From positions 588-64,587 of IMG/VR virus record IMGVR_UViG_3300005512_000026: 64,000 nucleotides of DNA. One strand, given 5' to 3'. Every line of letters begins with the position of its first letter. Position 1 is the stretch's first letter. The translations under genes were made by a program, and so were the position numbers. Under the pieces are notes generated by a model. The model was not told the DNA's origin, did no database searches, and saw only the letters and a program-made list of their open reading frames with translations. Below, piece by piece: positions 19,223 through 27,418 of this stretch. The DNA is from a virus. Its lineage: Duplodnaviria; Caudoviricetes.

Positions 19223-19320
19223 AACGGGTGTGGTTTCACCTCTGGCCACTCCTCCTCCTAGCAGCAGTTTATGGATCCGCAGCGTACGTCGGCGTGTACG
19301 TCTGCTCATGGTGCGGGTAG
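19219..19320 (+). CDS. 33-aa TM micropeptide ending in CSWC
   Basis: MKRVWFHLWPLLLLAAVYGSAAYVGVYVCSWCG; clear homologue at 60715-60810. Confidence 0.75.
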   Translation: MKRVWFHLWPLLLLAAVYGSAAYVGVYVCSWCG

Positions 19321-19358
19321 ACAAAAAGTTGACAAACGCTGTCCGGCTCCCATAGAAT
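19316..19358 (+). promoter_or_regulatory. Sigma70-type early promoter P1 with tandem GTAGAC/GTTGAC repeat
   Basis: TTGACA(19329)-18 bp-TAGAAT(19353); GGTAGACAAAAAGTTGACAAA. Confidence 0.75.
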
Positions 19359-19402
19359 ACTTAGGTCGGGAGATTCCCGATCAAGGTAACAAGGAACCAC
19401 AG

Positions 19403-19624
19403 ATGGAAACTAAAGTAATCGAACACGGCATCGAACTCGATAAAGATGCCAACGGTCTTTACGGTGCATACGCTCCAACTGGCTTTTACTTCCGATTCTC
19501 AGGGCTACACACGATTGGGTATGCAGGTAGCACTATGAAAGAGGTTCGCCAGTCGATCAAAGAAGATGGCGGACTGTCCGCCTGTCCAGAGGGCTGCAAC
19601 GGGACAGGCGAACACGCCATCTAA
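19403..19624 (+). CDS. Early hypothetical protein
   Basis: ATG 19403 after AAGGA; 73 aa; downstream of P1. Confidence 0.55.
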   Translation: METKVIEHGIELDKDANGLYGAYAPTGFYFRFSGLHTIGYAGSTMKEVRQSIKEDGGLSACPEGCNGTGEHAI

Positions 19625-19655
19625 CCAATATCAATACAAGTAAGAGGTGACACAG

Positions 19656-20009
19656 ATGATGGACAAAGAAACGCTTACAACCGCTCTCCTCGATCCGGAA
19701 GTCGTAGCAGGATGCCTAGTCGTTCTCTACGCCTCTCAGACGGCAGAGGAGCAGGGGTCGCACACGACTCGCGAGCGTAACGGTATGGGATTCAACGCTT
19801 TCGACGCAGCGTTTGGATCCAGCCTCGCCGAGCAGGTAATCGGCAAGGGCAAGCTCACGACCACACAGGTCGCCGTTGGACGCAAGATCCTCCGGAAGTA
19901 CGTGAATCAGATCTGCGCCCGTGTGGACGAGCCTCCACGCCAACCGCTGAACGTCCGGACGATCATGGATCATCCGATTGAATCAGATCTCACGGAGATA
20001 CCACTGTAA
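19656..20009 (+). CDS. Early hypothetical protein
   Basis: GAGGTGA RBS; 117 aa. Confidence 0.6.
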   Translation: MMDKETLTTALLDPEVVAGCLVVLYASQTAEEQGSHTTRERNGMGFNAFDAAFGSSLAEQVIGKGKLTTTQVAVGRKILRKYVNQICARVDEPPRQPLNVRTIMDHPIESDLTEIPL

Positions 20010-20218
20010 TGATCAACTTTTACGGCAAGGAAATTGAACCGGGCGAAGTAGTCATCGAAGTCCGGTGGCACAAGCCGATCCTCGACGGAGTGGAACAGGA
20101 GCTGGGAGTCTGGAAAAAGGATTTCCGGATCACGTCCCAAGACCTAGCGGATCACGCATCGGAACTGCTAGAGGGGTCTCCGTGGGAGCACTCTGAATAC
20201 CGGATCCAAACTCGGTAG
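20009..20218 (+). CDS. Early hypothetical protein
   Basis: 69 aa, TAATG coupling. Confidence 0.55.
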   Translation: MINFYGKEIEPGEVVIEVRWHKPILDGVEQELGVWKKDFRITSQDLADHASELLEGSPWEHSEYRIQTR

Positions 20219-20256
20219 ACAAAAAGTTGACAAACCCCTGATGCGTCCCATATAAT
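20214..20256 (+). promoter_or_regulatory. Sigma70-type early promoter P2
   Basis: TTGACA(20227)-18 bp-TATAAT(20251); same upstream GGTAGACAAAAAG. Confidence 0.8.
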
Positions 20257-20308
20257 AGACGTATCAGCCGGGGGAGTCCCGGTCAGGATCGAGGGAAAGG
20301 GAAGCCCA

Positions 20309-21133
20309 ATGAAATTCGCACAGCACAAAGAAAACACGTCCACCGTCGGAACAAATATCAACGATCAGTTCTGGAAAGACATAAGAACCATTTACGAGGC
20401 TGAATCAGCCGAGCGAGGAATCAGCGTTCCGGTGATCTCGCTTTACGACGGATACCTCTCGACAAAGGGGTGGACACGGACTCTCGGTGACTACAGCAAT
20501 TTCCAAGAGCAGATCAGAATATTCGGACTACTCACACGACCACGACGCGAGGTGTGGCTCACCGCTCTCCACGAATACGCACACCACATCGTCAACAAAG
20601 AGCGCAAGGAGGCTATCCGCCAAGGTGACAACGACAGATACAACGAATTGAAAGTAGGAGGTCGAGCGCACGGCAAGGCGTTCAAAATCGCACTAGCAGA
20701 ACTGGAACACAAATACTATGAGGAGGGTCACTCCTCAGAGGGGTCGGCAGGATGCCGAGGTTCATCCCGACGACACCGCAGCGACTACAACAACGAGAAC
20801 AAAATTTGCGAGGTAATCATGGCAGCTAAGAACGGCACGAAAGCCACCACGAAAAAATCAAATACTGCAACCAAAACCAAGACTGAACTTCCATACTTCG
20901 AGGTCACGATCACGGTGGGAAAACCATTCTCCTCGATGATCAAGGGAGTGGTCTACCAGCCAGCAGCATTTACCATCGTCGCTCAGGCTCGCGACGAGAT
21001 CGCTGCACAGAACAAGGCTCTCCGATCATTCGGGATTGCACACCGTCTCGACGTTCAGCACACGGTCGAGGTCAAGCCTATCGACAAGGCTCCTCGCACC
21101 AAGGCGTACCAGCCGAACCAGAAAGCTGCATAG
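20309..21133 (+). CDS. SprT-like zinc metalloprotease domain plus a probably separate C-terminal protein (internal start 20819)
   Basis: 'LHEYAHH...AHGKAFK' HExxH+H motif; GAGGT-ATG at 20810-20821. Confidence 0.55.
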   Translation: MKFAQHKENTSTVGTNINDQFWKDIRTIYEAESAERGISVPVISLYDGYLSTKGWTRTLGDYSNFQEQIRIFGLLTRPRREVWLTALHEYAHHIVNKERKEAIRQGDNDRYNELKVGGRAHGKAFKIALAELEHKYYEEGHSSEGSAGCRGSSRRHRSDYNNENKICEVIMAAKNGTKATTKKSNTATKTKTELPYFEVTITVGKPFSSMIKGVVYQPAAFTIVAQARDEIAAQNKALRSFGIAHRLDVQHTVEVKPIDKAPRTKAYQPNQKAA

Positions 21134-21276
21134 ACGACGAGCAGCGAGTTCGAGGGTACTTACACCCTCGGCTCCTGCGGGGAGGGTCGGAGCGTCGGGT
21201 ACAGGCTTCCCAACCGCCTCCGCTCCGGCACTCCCCGCAGGGGATTCCTGCAAAGACAAGTCAAGAGGTGACACAA

Positions 21277-21633
21277 ATGGGTTACAAAAGACTCACACCA
21301 GCTACGTTCACATCGCTCAACGCTTTCGTAGTTGTTCCATACAATCCCGATACTCCATACCAGCAGTACCGTGAGTTCACAGGGGGCGAGGTCAGGGCTG
21401 TCCGGGATCGAGACGGAGACGCTCTCAAAGCCTTACAGGGCATGGTAGGCGGTCTAATCGAACCGCTGTACTTCTACGACGCAGATCTGGACAAGGAATG
21501 GACGGTCTACGGCAATGAAGAGGCTCGCATTTACGGGATGGAGATCAACGCTGCTGCAACAGCGATGCTCGGTCACGTCATTTGTGGACCAGTCGTTTTC
21601 CACCCGGCTAGCTGGACACAGTGGGGCGACTAA
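21277..21633 (+). CDS. DUF3846-like protein
   Basis: 'LQGMVGGLIEP...YGNEEAR...NAAAT...ICGPVVF'; GAGGTGA RBS. Confidence 0.6.
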   Translation: MGYKRLTPATFTSLNAFVVVPYNPDTPYQQYREFTGGEVRAVRDRDGDALKALQGMVGGLIEPLYFYDADLDKEWTVYGNEEARIYGMEINAAATAMLGHVICGPVVFHPASWTQWGD

Positions 21634-22277
21634 TGACTACCGTAGTAACTATCACCGTCCCTACGTCTATGGGCAAGCCGTGGACGCTAGCGGACGCACA
21701 GGGAGCGCACAGGGCTGTCCGGGTACGGAAGATCGACGACTCCGCCACGGTACTCTTTGAAGCCGGTAACAGCCGGTGCGCCGTCGAGACGCGAGTGGAC
21801 AACGCAGTCTCGAATCACGACAAGACCCGGTGGGAATACTGGATCCCGGCAGGATTGCTCAAAGCGATGAAAGCCTATCGAATCCACTCGAAAACACCGT
21901 GGCACTACAGGATCGAGATCTTGGTCGAGGAGCGACGGGCAAGGGTGAGCTTCGGCGACTACAGCCTGTCCGGGGATCTCGTCTCGTCCTCACAGTTGCC
22001 GAGGTTCGACGCAGTGTGGGATCGACTCAAGCATGATGCAAAGAAGCTGGATCCAACCGAGCCTCGAATCGGTTTCCGGGGCAGCGAAATGGTCAAGGTT
22101 CTAAACGCCATGACCCGTATAACTGACCCGACAGAATTCTTCGTCCTGCCGGACTCCGGAATATTCAGCGAGGCAATCGGGATGCGCCGATTTATGACAG
22201 GCGTTGGATCCCGCTCAAAAGCGGCACTCATGCCGATATCCGTGGAGGATCACCGATTTCCGGTAGACAAACGGTAG
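21633..22277 (+). CDS. Hypothetical protein, weak resemblance to sliding-clamp (DnaN-like) fragment
   Basis: 'LPRFDAVW...IGFRGSEMVKVLNAM' pattern only; low confidence in function. Confidence 0.4.
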   Translation: MTTVVTITVPTSMGKPWTLADAQGAHRAVRVRKIDDSATVLFEAGNSRCAVETRVDNAVSNHDKTRWEYWIPAGLLKAMKAYRIHSKTPWHYRIEILVEERRARVSFGDYSLSGDLVSSSQLPRFDAVWDRLKHDAKKLDPTEPRIGFRGSEMVKVLNAMTRITDPTEFFVLPDSGIFSEAIGMRRFMTGVGSRSKAALMPISVEDHRFPVDKR

Positions 22278-22293
22278 ACAAATAGGTTAGACT
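22261..22293 (+). promoter_or_regulatory. Tandem CGGTAGACAAA x2 and promoter-like TAGACA-18-TAGACT upstream of HTH gene
   Basis: Exact 11-bp tandem repeat at 22261-22282. Confidence 0.55.
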
Positions 22294-22323
22294 GAAATCG
22301 TCAGTTTTAGTAGGAGATAGCCA

Positions 22324-22599
22324 ATGACAACAGCATCGTTCGAGTGGACACCGAAGCGCATCAAAGCGTTGCGTTCAAAAGTCCGCATGACACAAGCAGC
22401 CTTCGCCAAGCAGATCGGGGTGTCCCGGCTCACGATTGCGAACTGGGAGACGGAGTTCAAGTCACCGAGCTTGAACCATCAGGCGCACCTCGACAAGATT
22501 GCCGGGGACAACGGGATCACACGATCCATGCTCGACTCTCACACCAGCAATCAGAGGCACCCGGATCGCCCACGGCGAAAGATCCAGCGAGGTTCATAA
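22324..22599 (+). CDS. XRE/Cro-family HTH transcriptional regulator
   Basis: 'IKALRSKVRMTQAAFAKQIGVSRLTIANWETE'. Confidence 0.85.
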   Translation: MTTASFEWTPKRIKALRSKVRMTQAAFAKQIGVSRLTIANWETEFKSPSLNHQAHLDKIAGDNGITRSMLDSHTSNQRHPDRPRRKIQRGS

Positions 22600-24248
22600 T
22601 GCCGGTCGAGGTGACAGCAAGAGCAGCTACCGGAGAGATCCGGGCAAAGGCTCGGTATCCAGAGGGTCTATACCTAAAGCAGATCCCCGGAGCAAAGTGG
22701 GACAAAGCCGACAAAGCGTGGGTCATTCCCGCTACACCAGCCGGAGCCTTGAATCTTCGGTTAGCCACAAAAGAACGTGGATACGTCCTCAAAGGTGACT
22801 CACACATGGCGGAGCTTATCCGCATCGCCAAAGGGCAGTCCGAGGCGTTTGAGAACGTCAAAAAATCCGGGACGCTCGAACAGCCTGAGATCAGGAATTT
22901 CGACGCTTGGAGACACCAGCTTGAAGCGTTCAACTTCGCCAAGAATCTCGACGCAGTAATGCTCAACATGGAGATGGGTACGGGCAAAACTAAGGTCACG
23001 ATCGACGTGATCCAGAATGACCCAAACCTTCGCAGGATCCTCATTCTCTGCCCGGTCAGCGTTATCGGGGTGTGGCACAGGGAGATTCAGAAACACGGCG
23101 TTGGATTCTGGAACGTCCCGGTGCTACAGGGAGCGGTCAAGAAACGGGCTGAGTTATCCGCACAGGCGTTAGCGGACAACTCCGGGCGTACCGTCCTAAT
23201 CGTCAACTACGAGGCAGCGTGGAGAGAGCCACTCGCCAAGCTCCTCAAAGGTGAACAATTCGACGCAGTAGTGTTCGACGAGATCCACAAGATCAAGGCT
23301 CCGGGTGGAGTAGCTTCACGGTTCTGCCAAGCTCTCGCCAAGACAGCTCGCAAGAAGTTCGGGCTTACAGGGACGATGATGCCCGGCAGTCCGATGGATA
23401 TCTACGCTCAATTCCGAGCCTTGAACAGCGGGATCTTCGGAACTAGCTTTGCGAAGTTCAGATCCCGGTACGCAATCATGGGCGGGTACGGCGGGTATGA
23501 AGTCGTCGATTATCAGAACCAAGAGGAGCTTCGTGAGAAGATCCGGTTTATGACATACGAGGTTGGAGCCGACGTTCTGGATCTTCCAGAGGCGATACAT
23601 ACCTACCGGGAGTGTCAGCTTGGTCGGGACGCTCTCCGGGCGTACAGGGGCGTAGAAAACGACTTCTTTGCACAGGTCGAGTCAGGAGAGATCACCGCTT
23701 CAAACGCATTGGTCAAGCTCCTACGGATGAGGCAGATCACCGGAGGTCACGTAACCGACGACGACGGTGTAACAACCCAAATCGACAAAGCCAAAGAGAA
23801 GCTACTGGACGACACGCTGGAAGATCTCGGCGGTGAACCAACGGTTATCTTCTGCCAGTTCGTCGCCGACATAGACACGATCCGCAGGGTTGGCGAGGCG
23901 CGAGGGTTGAAAGTCCTAGAGCTATCAGGGCGGGTAAAACAGAACTTCGAGTTCCAAGAGGGTGAGGGAGACATCCTCGTCGTCCAGATCCAATCCGGAG
24001 GTGTGGGCATCGACCTGACTAGGGCAAGGTACTGCATCTATTACAGCGTTGGATTCAACCTCGGCGAATACCTCCAATCTCTCGCTCGCGTACACCGTCC
24101 GGGACAGGAGAGGAGCGTCACGTACATTCACCTCCTAGCAGCCGGGACGGTCGATCAAGCGGTCTATAACGCTCTCCAAAAGAAGCAGGACATTGTGGAA
24201 CACGTACTCCACGGTGATCTAGCGACAGAGGAGGTAGACAAGAAGTAA
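22599..24248 (+). CDS. SNF2-family DNA helicase
   Basis: 'EMGTGKT', 'FDEIHKIK', 'LTGT', 'QSLARVHRPGQ'; ATG 22599 coupled to HTH stop. Confidence 0.9.
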   Translation: MPVEVTARAATGEIRAKARYPEGLYLKQIPGAKWDKADKAWVIPATPAGALNLRLATKERGYVLKGDSHMAELIRIAKGQSEAFENVKKSGTLEQPEIRNFDAWRHQLEAFNFAKNLDAVMLNMEMGTGKTKVTIDVIQNDPNLRRILILCPVSVIGVWHREIQKHGVGFWNVPVLQGAVKKRAELSAQALADNSGRTVLIVNYEAAWREPLAKLLKGEQFDAVVFDEIHKIKAPGGVASRFCQALAKTARKKFGLTGTMMPGSPMDIYAQFRALNSGIFGTSFAKFRSRYAIMGGYGGYEVVDYQNQEELREKIRFMTYEVGADVLDLPEAIHTYRECQLGRDALRAYRGVENDFFAQVESGEITASNALVKLLRMRQITGGHVTDDDGVTTQIDKAKEKLLDDTLEDLGGEPTVIFCQFVADIDTIRRVGEARGLKVLELSGRVKQNFEFQEGEGDILVVQIQSGGVGIDLTRARYCIYYSVGFNLGEYLQSLARVHRPGQERSVTYIHLLAAGTVDQAVYNALQKKQDIVEHVLHGDLATEEVDKK

Positions 24249-24305
24249 ACAAATCGGGTACGCTTTACGACCCGGAATTTCCGGGGACGAGGTCAAGAGG
24301 TGACA

Positions 24306-24704
24306 ATGGATACAGACATCCTGCGGGAGTTCGTTCGGATCACAAAAGAGAAGGATGAACTAGACGCAAGGCTCACAGCTAAGAAGGCTGAACAGTCTCG
24401 CTTAGAGCAGCAAGTTCTCTACGAGCTTGCACAGAGCGGGATCCAGAACATCAAGATCGACGGCAAGACGCTCTACATGCGAGCGGACACCTACGTTTCG
24501 GTCAAGGAGGGTGTGGATCCCGAGGCAGCGATGAAAGTCCTAGACGACTTGGATCTAGGCGATTTCCACAAAGAGCGCATTACTCTCCAATCCGTATCTG
24601 CTTGGGTTCGGGAGCGTCGGCGTGAGGAGGAACAAATCCCGGCGGAATTTGAAGCAGTATTCAACACTAGCCCGGTTTACAGAATCGGGATAACGAGCAG
24701 CTAA
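24306..24704 (+). CDS. Gp157-like / recombination-associated small protein
   Basis: Coiled-coil N-term then 'GIQNIKIDGKTLYM'; GAGGTGACA RBS. Confidence 0.45.
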   Translation: MDTDILREFVRITKEKDELDARLTAKKAEQSRLEQQVLYELAQSGIQNIKIDGKTLYMRADTYVSVKEGVDPEAAMKVLDDLDLGDFHKERITLQSVSAWVRERRREEEQIPAEFEAVFNTSPVYRIGITSS

Positions 24705-24705
24705 G

Positions 24706-25488
24706 TTGACAAAGAAAACAAAGACAGAAGAAACAGCGATTGCAACGCTGGACACGATAGCGGACTACGCTATTGCGAACATAGATCCCGGTCTGAACAT
24801 CAAGGAGATCGTGGAAGCAAACACAGGCGGAGAGATCACACTAGGTCAACTCCCGCAGGTAACGATCCCGGCAGGGGGTGGAACAGTCTTCGAGATCCCG
24901 TCAGCTCTCGGCGACGACGAGGCGACCAAGGAGATCGAGGGTGTACTCATCTTCTGGAACGACCGACGCTCTTACTGGCGCACGTCACTCGACGAGGCTA
25001 GCGAGGACGACGACCGATCACCGGACTGCTTCTCGGCAAACAGCAAGGTAGGCGTAGGCACTCCCGGCGGAGACTGCTCCACATGCCAGTTCGCTAAGTG
25101 GGGATCCGATCCTAACGGCGGACAGGCTTGCAAAAGTCAGCGATTGTTCTTCCTCCTGCGACCGAACAACGTTATGCCTCTAGTCGTCCGGGCTGCACCA
25201 ACCTCGATAGCACCGAGCAAGAAATACCTGTTCGGACTAGCGTCAGAGCTGGTGCCTTACTGGGCGATCACTACGAAGCTCACGCTATCGAAACAGGGCG
25301 GTGGGAACATCGCTTACTCAACCCTCAACTTCTCGGCAGGGACACGTCTCAAAGACGGGGACTTGGCAGCGATTACCAAGTACCGAGACGAAATGCTCCC
25401 GGCACTAGAAGCCTCGACAGTCAACCCTCCGCCGCGGGCAACGGCGGAAGTCGGGGCAGTTGACGACAGCGATCTTCAGAGCCTATAG
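24706..25488 (+). CDS. Putative ssDNA-binding/annealing protein
   Basis: 'PDCFSANSKVG...CSTCQFAKWGS...ACKSQRL', acidic C-terminal tail. Confidence 0.55.
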   Translation: MTKKTKTEETAIATLDTIADYAIANIDPGLNIKEIVEANTGGEITLGQLPQVTIPAGGGTVFEIPSALGDDEATKEIEGVLIFWNDRRSYWRTSLDEASEDDDRSPDCFSANSKVGVGTPGGDCSTCQFAKWGSDPNGGQACKSQRLFFLLRPNNVMPLVVRAAPTSIAPSKKYLFGLASELVPYWAITTKLTLSKQGGGNIAYSTLNFSAGTRLKDGDLAAITKYRDEMLPALEASTVNPPPRATAEVGAVDDSDLQSL

Positions 25489-25505
25489 AAGATCAGTCGT
25501 TAGCG

Positions 25506-25533
25506 GGGGCGGATCCCGGACAGGATCCGCCCC
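25506..25533. terminator. Intergenic hairpin
   Basis: GGGGCGGATCC-CGGACA-GGATCCGCCCC, perfect 11-bp stem. Confidence 0.55.
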
Positions 25534-25547
25534 ACCGGGAAGCCTAA

Positions 25548-27218
25548 ATGCAAGTAACTCGTCAATTCTTAGAACACCTATATCCAGACAACATACCGTC
25601 CGGGAATCACGTCCTCGTCTGGACGATCCCCGGCAAGACAAGCTATTGGTTCACCGACACCGAGGAGCTAACTAACTCACTCGAACTGTTCGGGAACCGG
25701 AACATCTACATCGGGTGTGGACTCAGCCCGAAAAATTACGGGTCAACGAAACGGGCAAGAGCCAATCAGATCTCAGGGATCCCCGGACTGTGGGCAGATA
25801 TCGACTACGGCGATACGGGTCACAAGGGCAAGACCTATCCACCGACCGAAGCTGCAGCAATCCAGATCCTCGACGAGCTAGCCGTCAGACCATCAATCGT
25901 GATCCACTCCGGGAACGGGCTTCAAGCGTGGTGGTTATGGGACGAGCCGTGGATCTTCAAAGACAAGATCGAACGCGAACACGCAGCAGAGATCTCGAAA
26001 GCGTGGGGAGCGATCCTCAACGAAGCAGCCGGGGAATACACGGTCGACTCTGTATCAGACCTGTCTCGGGTACTCAGGCTTCCGGGATCGAACAACGTCA
26101 AGGATCCTGATAACCCGAAACCCGTCCGAATAATTAGCGAGGATGGTCCACGGTGGGGGTCTCACGAGGATTTCATCAGCCAAGCGGGGATAACCCTCGA
26201 CCCGGCTAGATCAAACGCCTCTCCGAAGCCTAGCACTACAAAGGAGCCGTCAAGCGAAATTCCACAGGGGGATCCGCCAGTCGCACGAATGACACTCCTA
26301 TGGTCAGTCGATCCCAAAGCGCAAGACGTTTGGATGGGCAAGGACGCTCCGTGGCTCAAAGACCAATCCGACAGCTCTCGGGATCTCAGCGTTGCGACTA
26401 GGGCAGCGTTAGCCGGGTGGCCAGCGTTAGAGATAGGTCAGCTCATTCGATCCGGTCGAGAGCTTCGTGGAGCAGATCTAAAGCATCCTCAGTATTACGA
26501 CCTGACCATCCGGAAAGCGATGGATAAATCCAAGGAGCCGGGACACGTTAGGGACGCGGATGAGGCTCTAGGAGTGGATCCAGATAACGCTACACCGGAG
26601 CTACGCCTAGAACGGATCTCCGAGCTAATTGGAGTGGCTCCTCCGATCACCCGCATAACTAAGACTGATTCAGATCCGGTGATCTACCGTCTCTACTGGC
26701 AGGGCAGGAGGATGGAAATCGGGGACAGCTCCGGGATCCTCGAACAAAACAAGTTCCGACGGGTCATGGCTGATATCGCAGGTGTGGTCGTCACAAGGCG
26801 CAAGGCTCCGGAGTGGGACAAGATTGCACAGATGTTCCTCAACTGCGTCACGATTCTGAAAGTCGGAGCCGAGGGCGAAGCAGTCGCACAGATGGAAGCC
26901 TTCATGGATGAGTATTTCGAGCAGTTCGGTGGGGATCTCTCGGCGGACTGGAAAACAAGATGCCGGAACCGGGAGCCATTTATCATCCCGAGCAAGGACG
27001 TCAGCGATGGAGATCTGGATCGGGTCTGCTTCGCCACTACAGGATCCCGAGGTCTGTCAGCTTGGATATGGGCGCACCATAACCTCCGCCCGACAACAGC
27101 TAAGCTCGTCGCAATCCTCCGGGAACTAGGCTGGACACCAGCCAAGCGAACGGTCAGGGATGGGGACGACGTGTTCAAGCGATCCTTCTGGTTCAAGGAG
27201 GTAAAAGTCGATGTGTAA
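25548..27218 (+). CDS. RepB/AEP-type DNA primase
   Basis: 'WADID', 'IHSGNGLQAWW', 'DLSRVLRLPGSNNVK'. Confidence 0.8.
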   Translation: MQVTRQFLEHLYPDNIPSGNHVLVWTIPGKTSYWFTDTEELTNSLELFGNRNIYIGCGLSPKNYGSTKRARANQISGIPGLWADIDYGDTGHKGKTYPPTEAAAIQILDELAVRPSIVIHSGNGLQAWWLWDEPWIFKDKIEREHAAEISKAWGAILNEAAGEYTVDSVSDLSRVLRLPGSNNVKDPDNPKPVRIISEDGPRWGSHEDFISQAGITLDPARSNASPKPSTTKEPSSEIPQGDPPVARMTLLWSVDPKAQDVWMGKDAPWLKDQSDSSRDLSVATRAALAGWPALEIGQLIRSGRELRGADLKHPQYYDLTIRKAMDKSKEPGHVRDADEALGVDPDNATPELRLERISELIGVAPPITRITKTDSDPVIYRLYWQGRRMEIGDSSGILEQNKFRRVMADIAGVVVTRRKAPEWDKIAQMFLNCVTILKVGAEGEAVAQMEAFMDEYFEQFGGDLSADWKTRCRNREPFIIPSKDVSDGDLDRVCFATTGSRGLSAWIWAHHNLRPTTAKLVAILRELGWTPAKRTVRDGDDVFKRSFWFKEVKVDV

Positions 27219-27385
27219 CCCCCAAAAAAAGTCCCCTATACGCGGGCGCGGGAGAAACAGAAAAAAAATATTTTTGGGGGTTACAGGGGTTACAATCAAC
27301 TCTGTGTCAACCGAAACGAGAACGAAAACAGGTGTAACCCCCGGCGACGGAAGTGGGGGTTACAAGGGGGTTACAGGGGGTTACA
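27214..27385. repeat. Iteron-like GGGG(G)TTACA cluster, candidate replication origin
   Basis: + copies at 27276, 27286, 27355, 27366, 27376; inverted copies at 27214 and 27333; A/T tracts; between primase and helicase. Confidence 0.7.
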
Positions 27386-27418
27386 AATTCCGTGAAACCG
27401 AATTCTTAGAGGTGACAA

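Noticed and set aside
27214-27385. CRISPR array, or the 71-aa ORF 27211-27426
   Set aside because: Units are 9-10 bp without regular unique spacers and there are no cas genes; the ORF translation just reflects the repeats.
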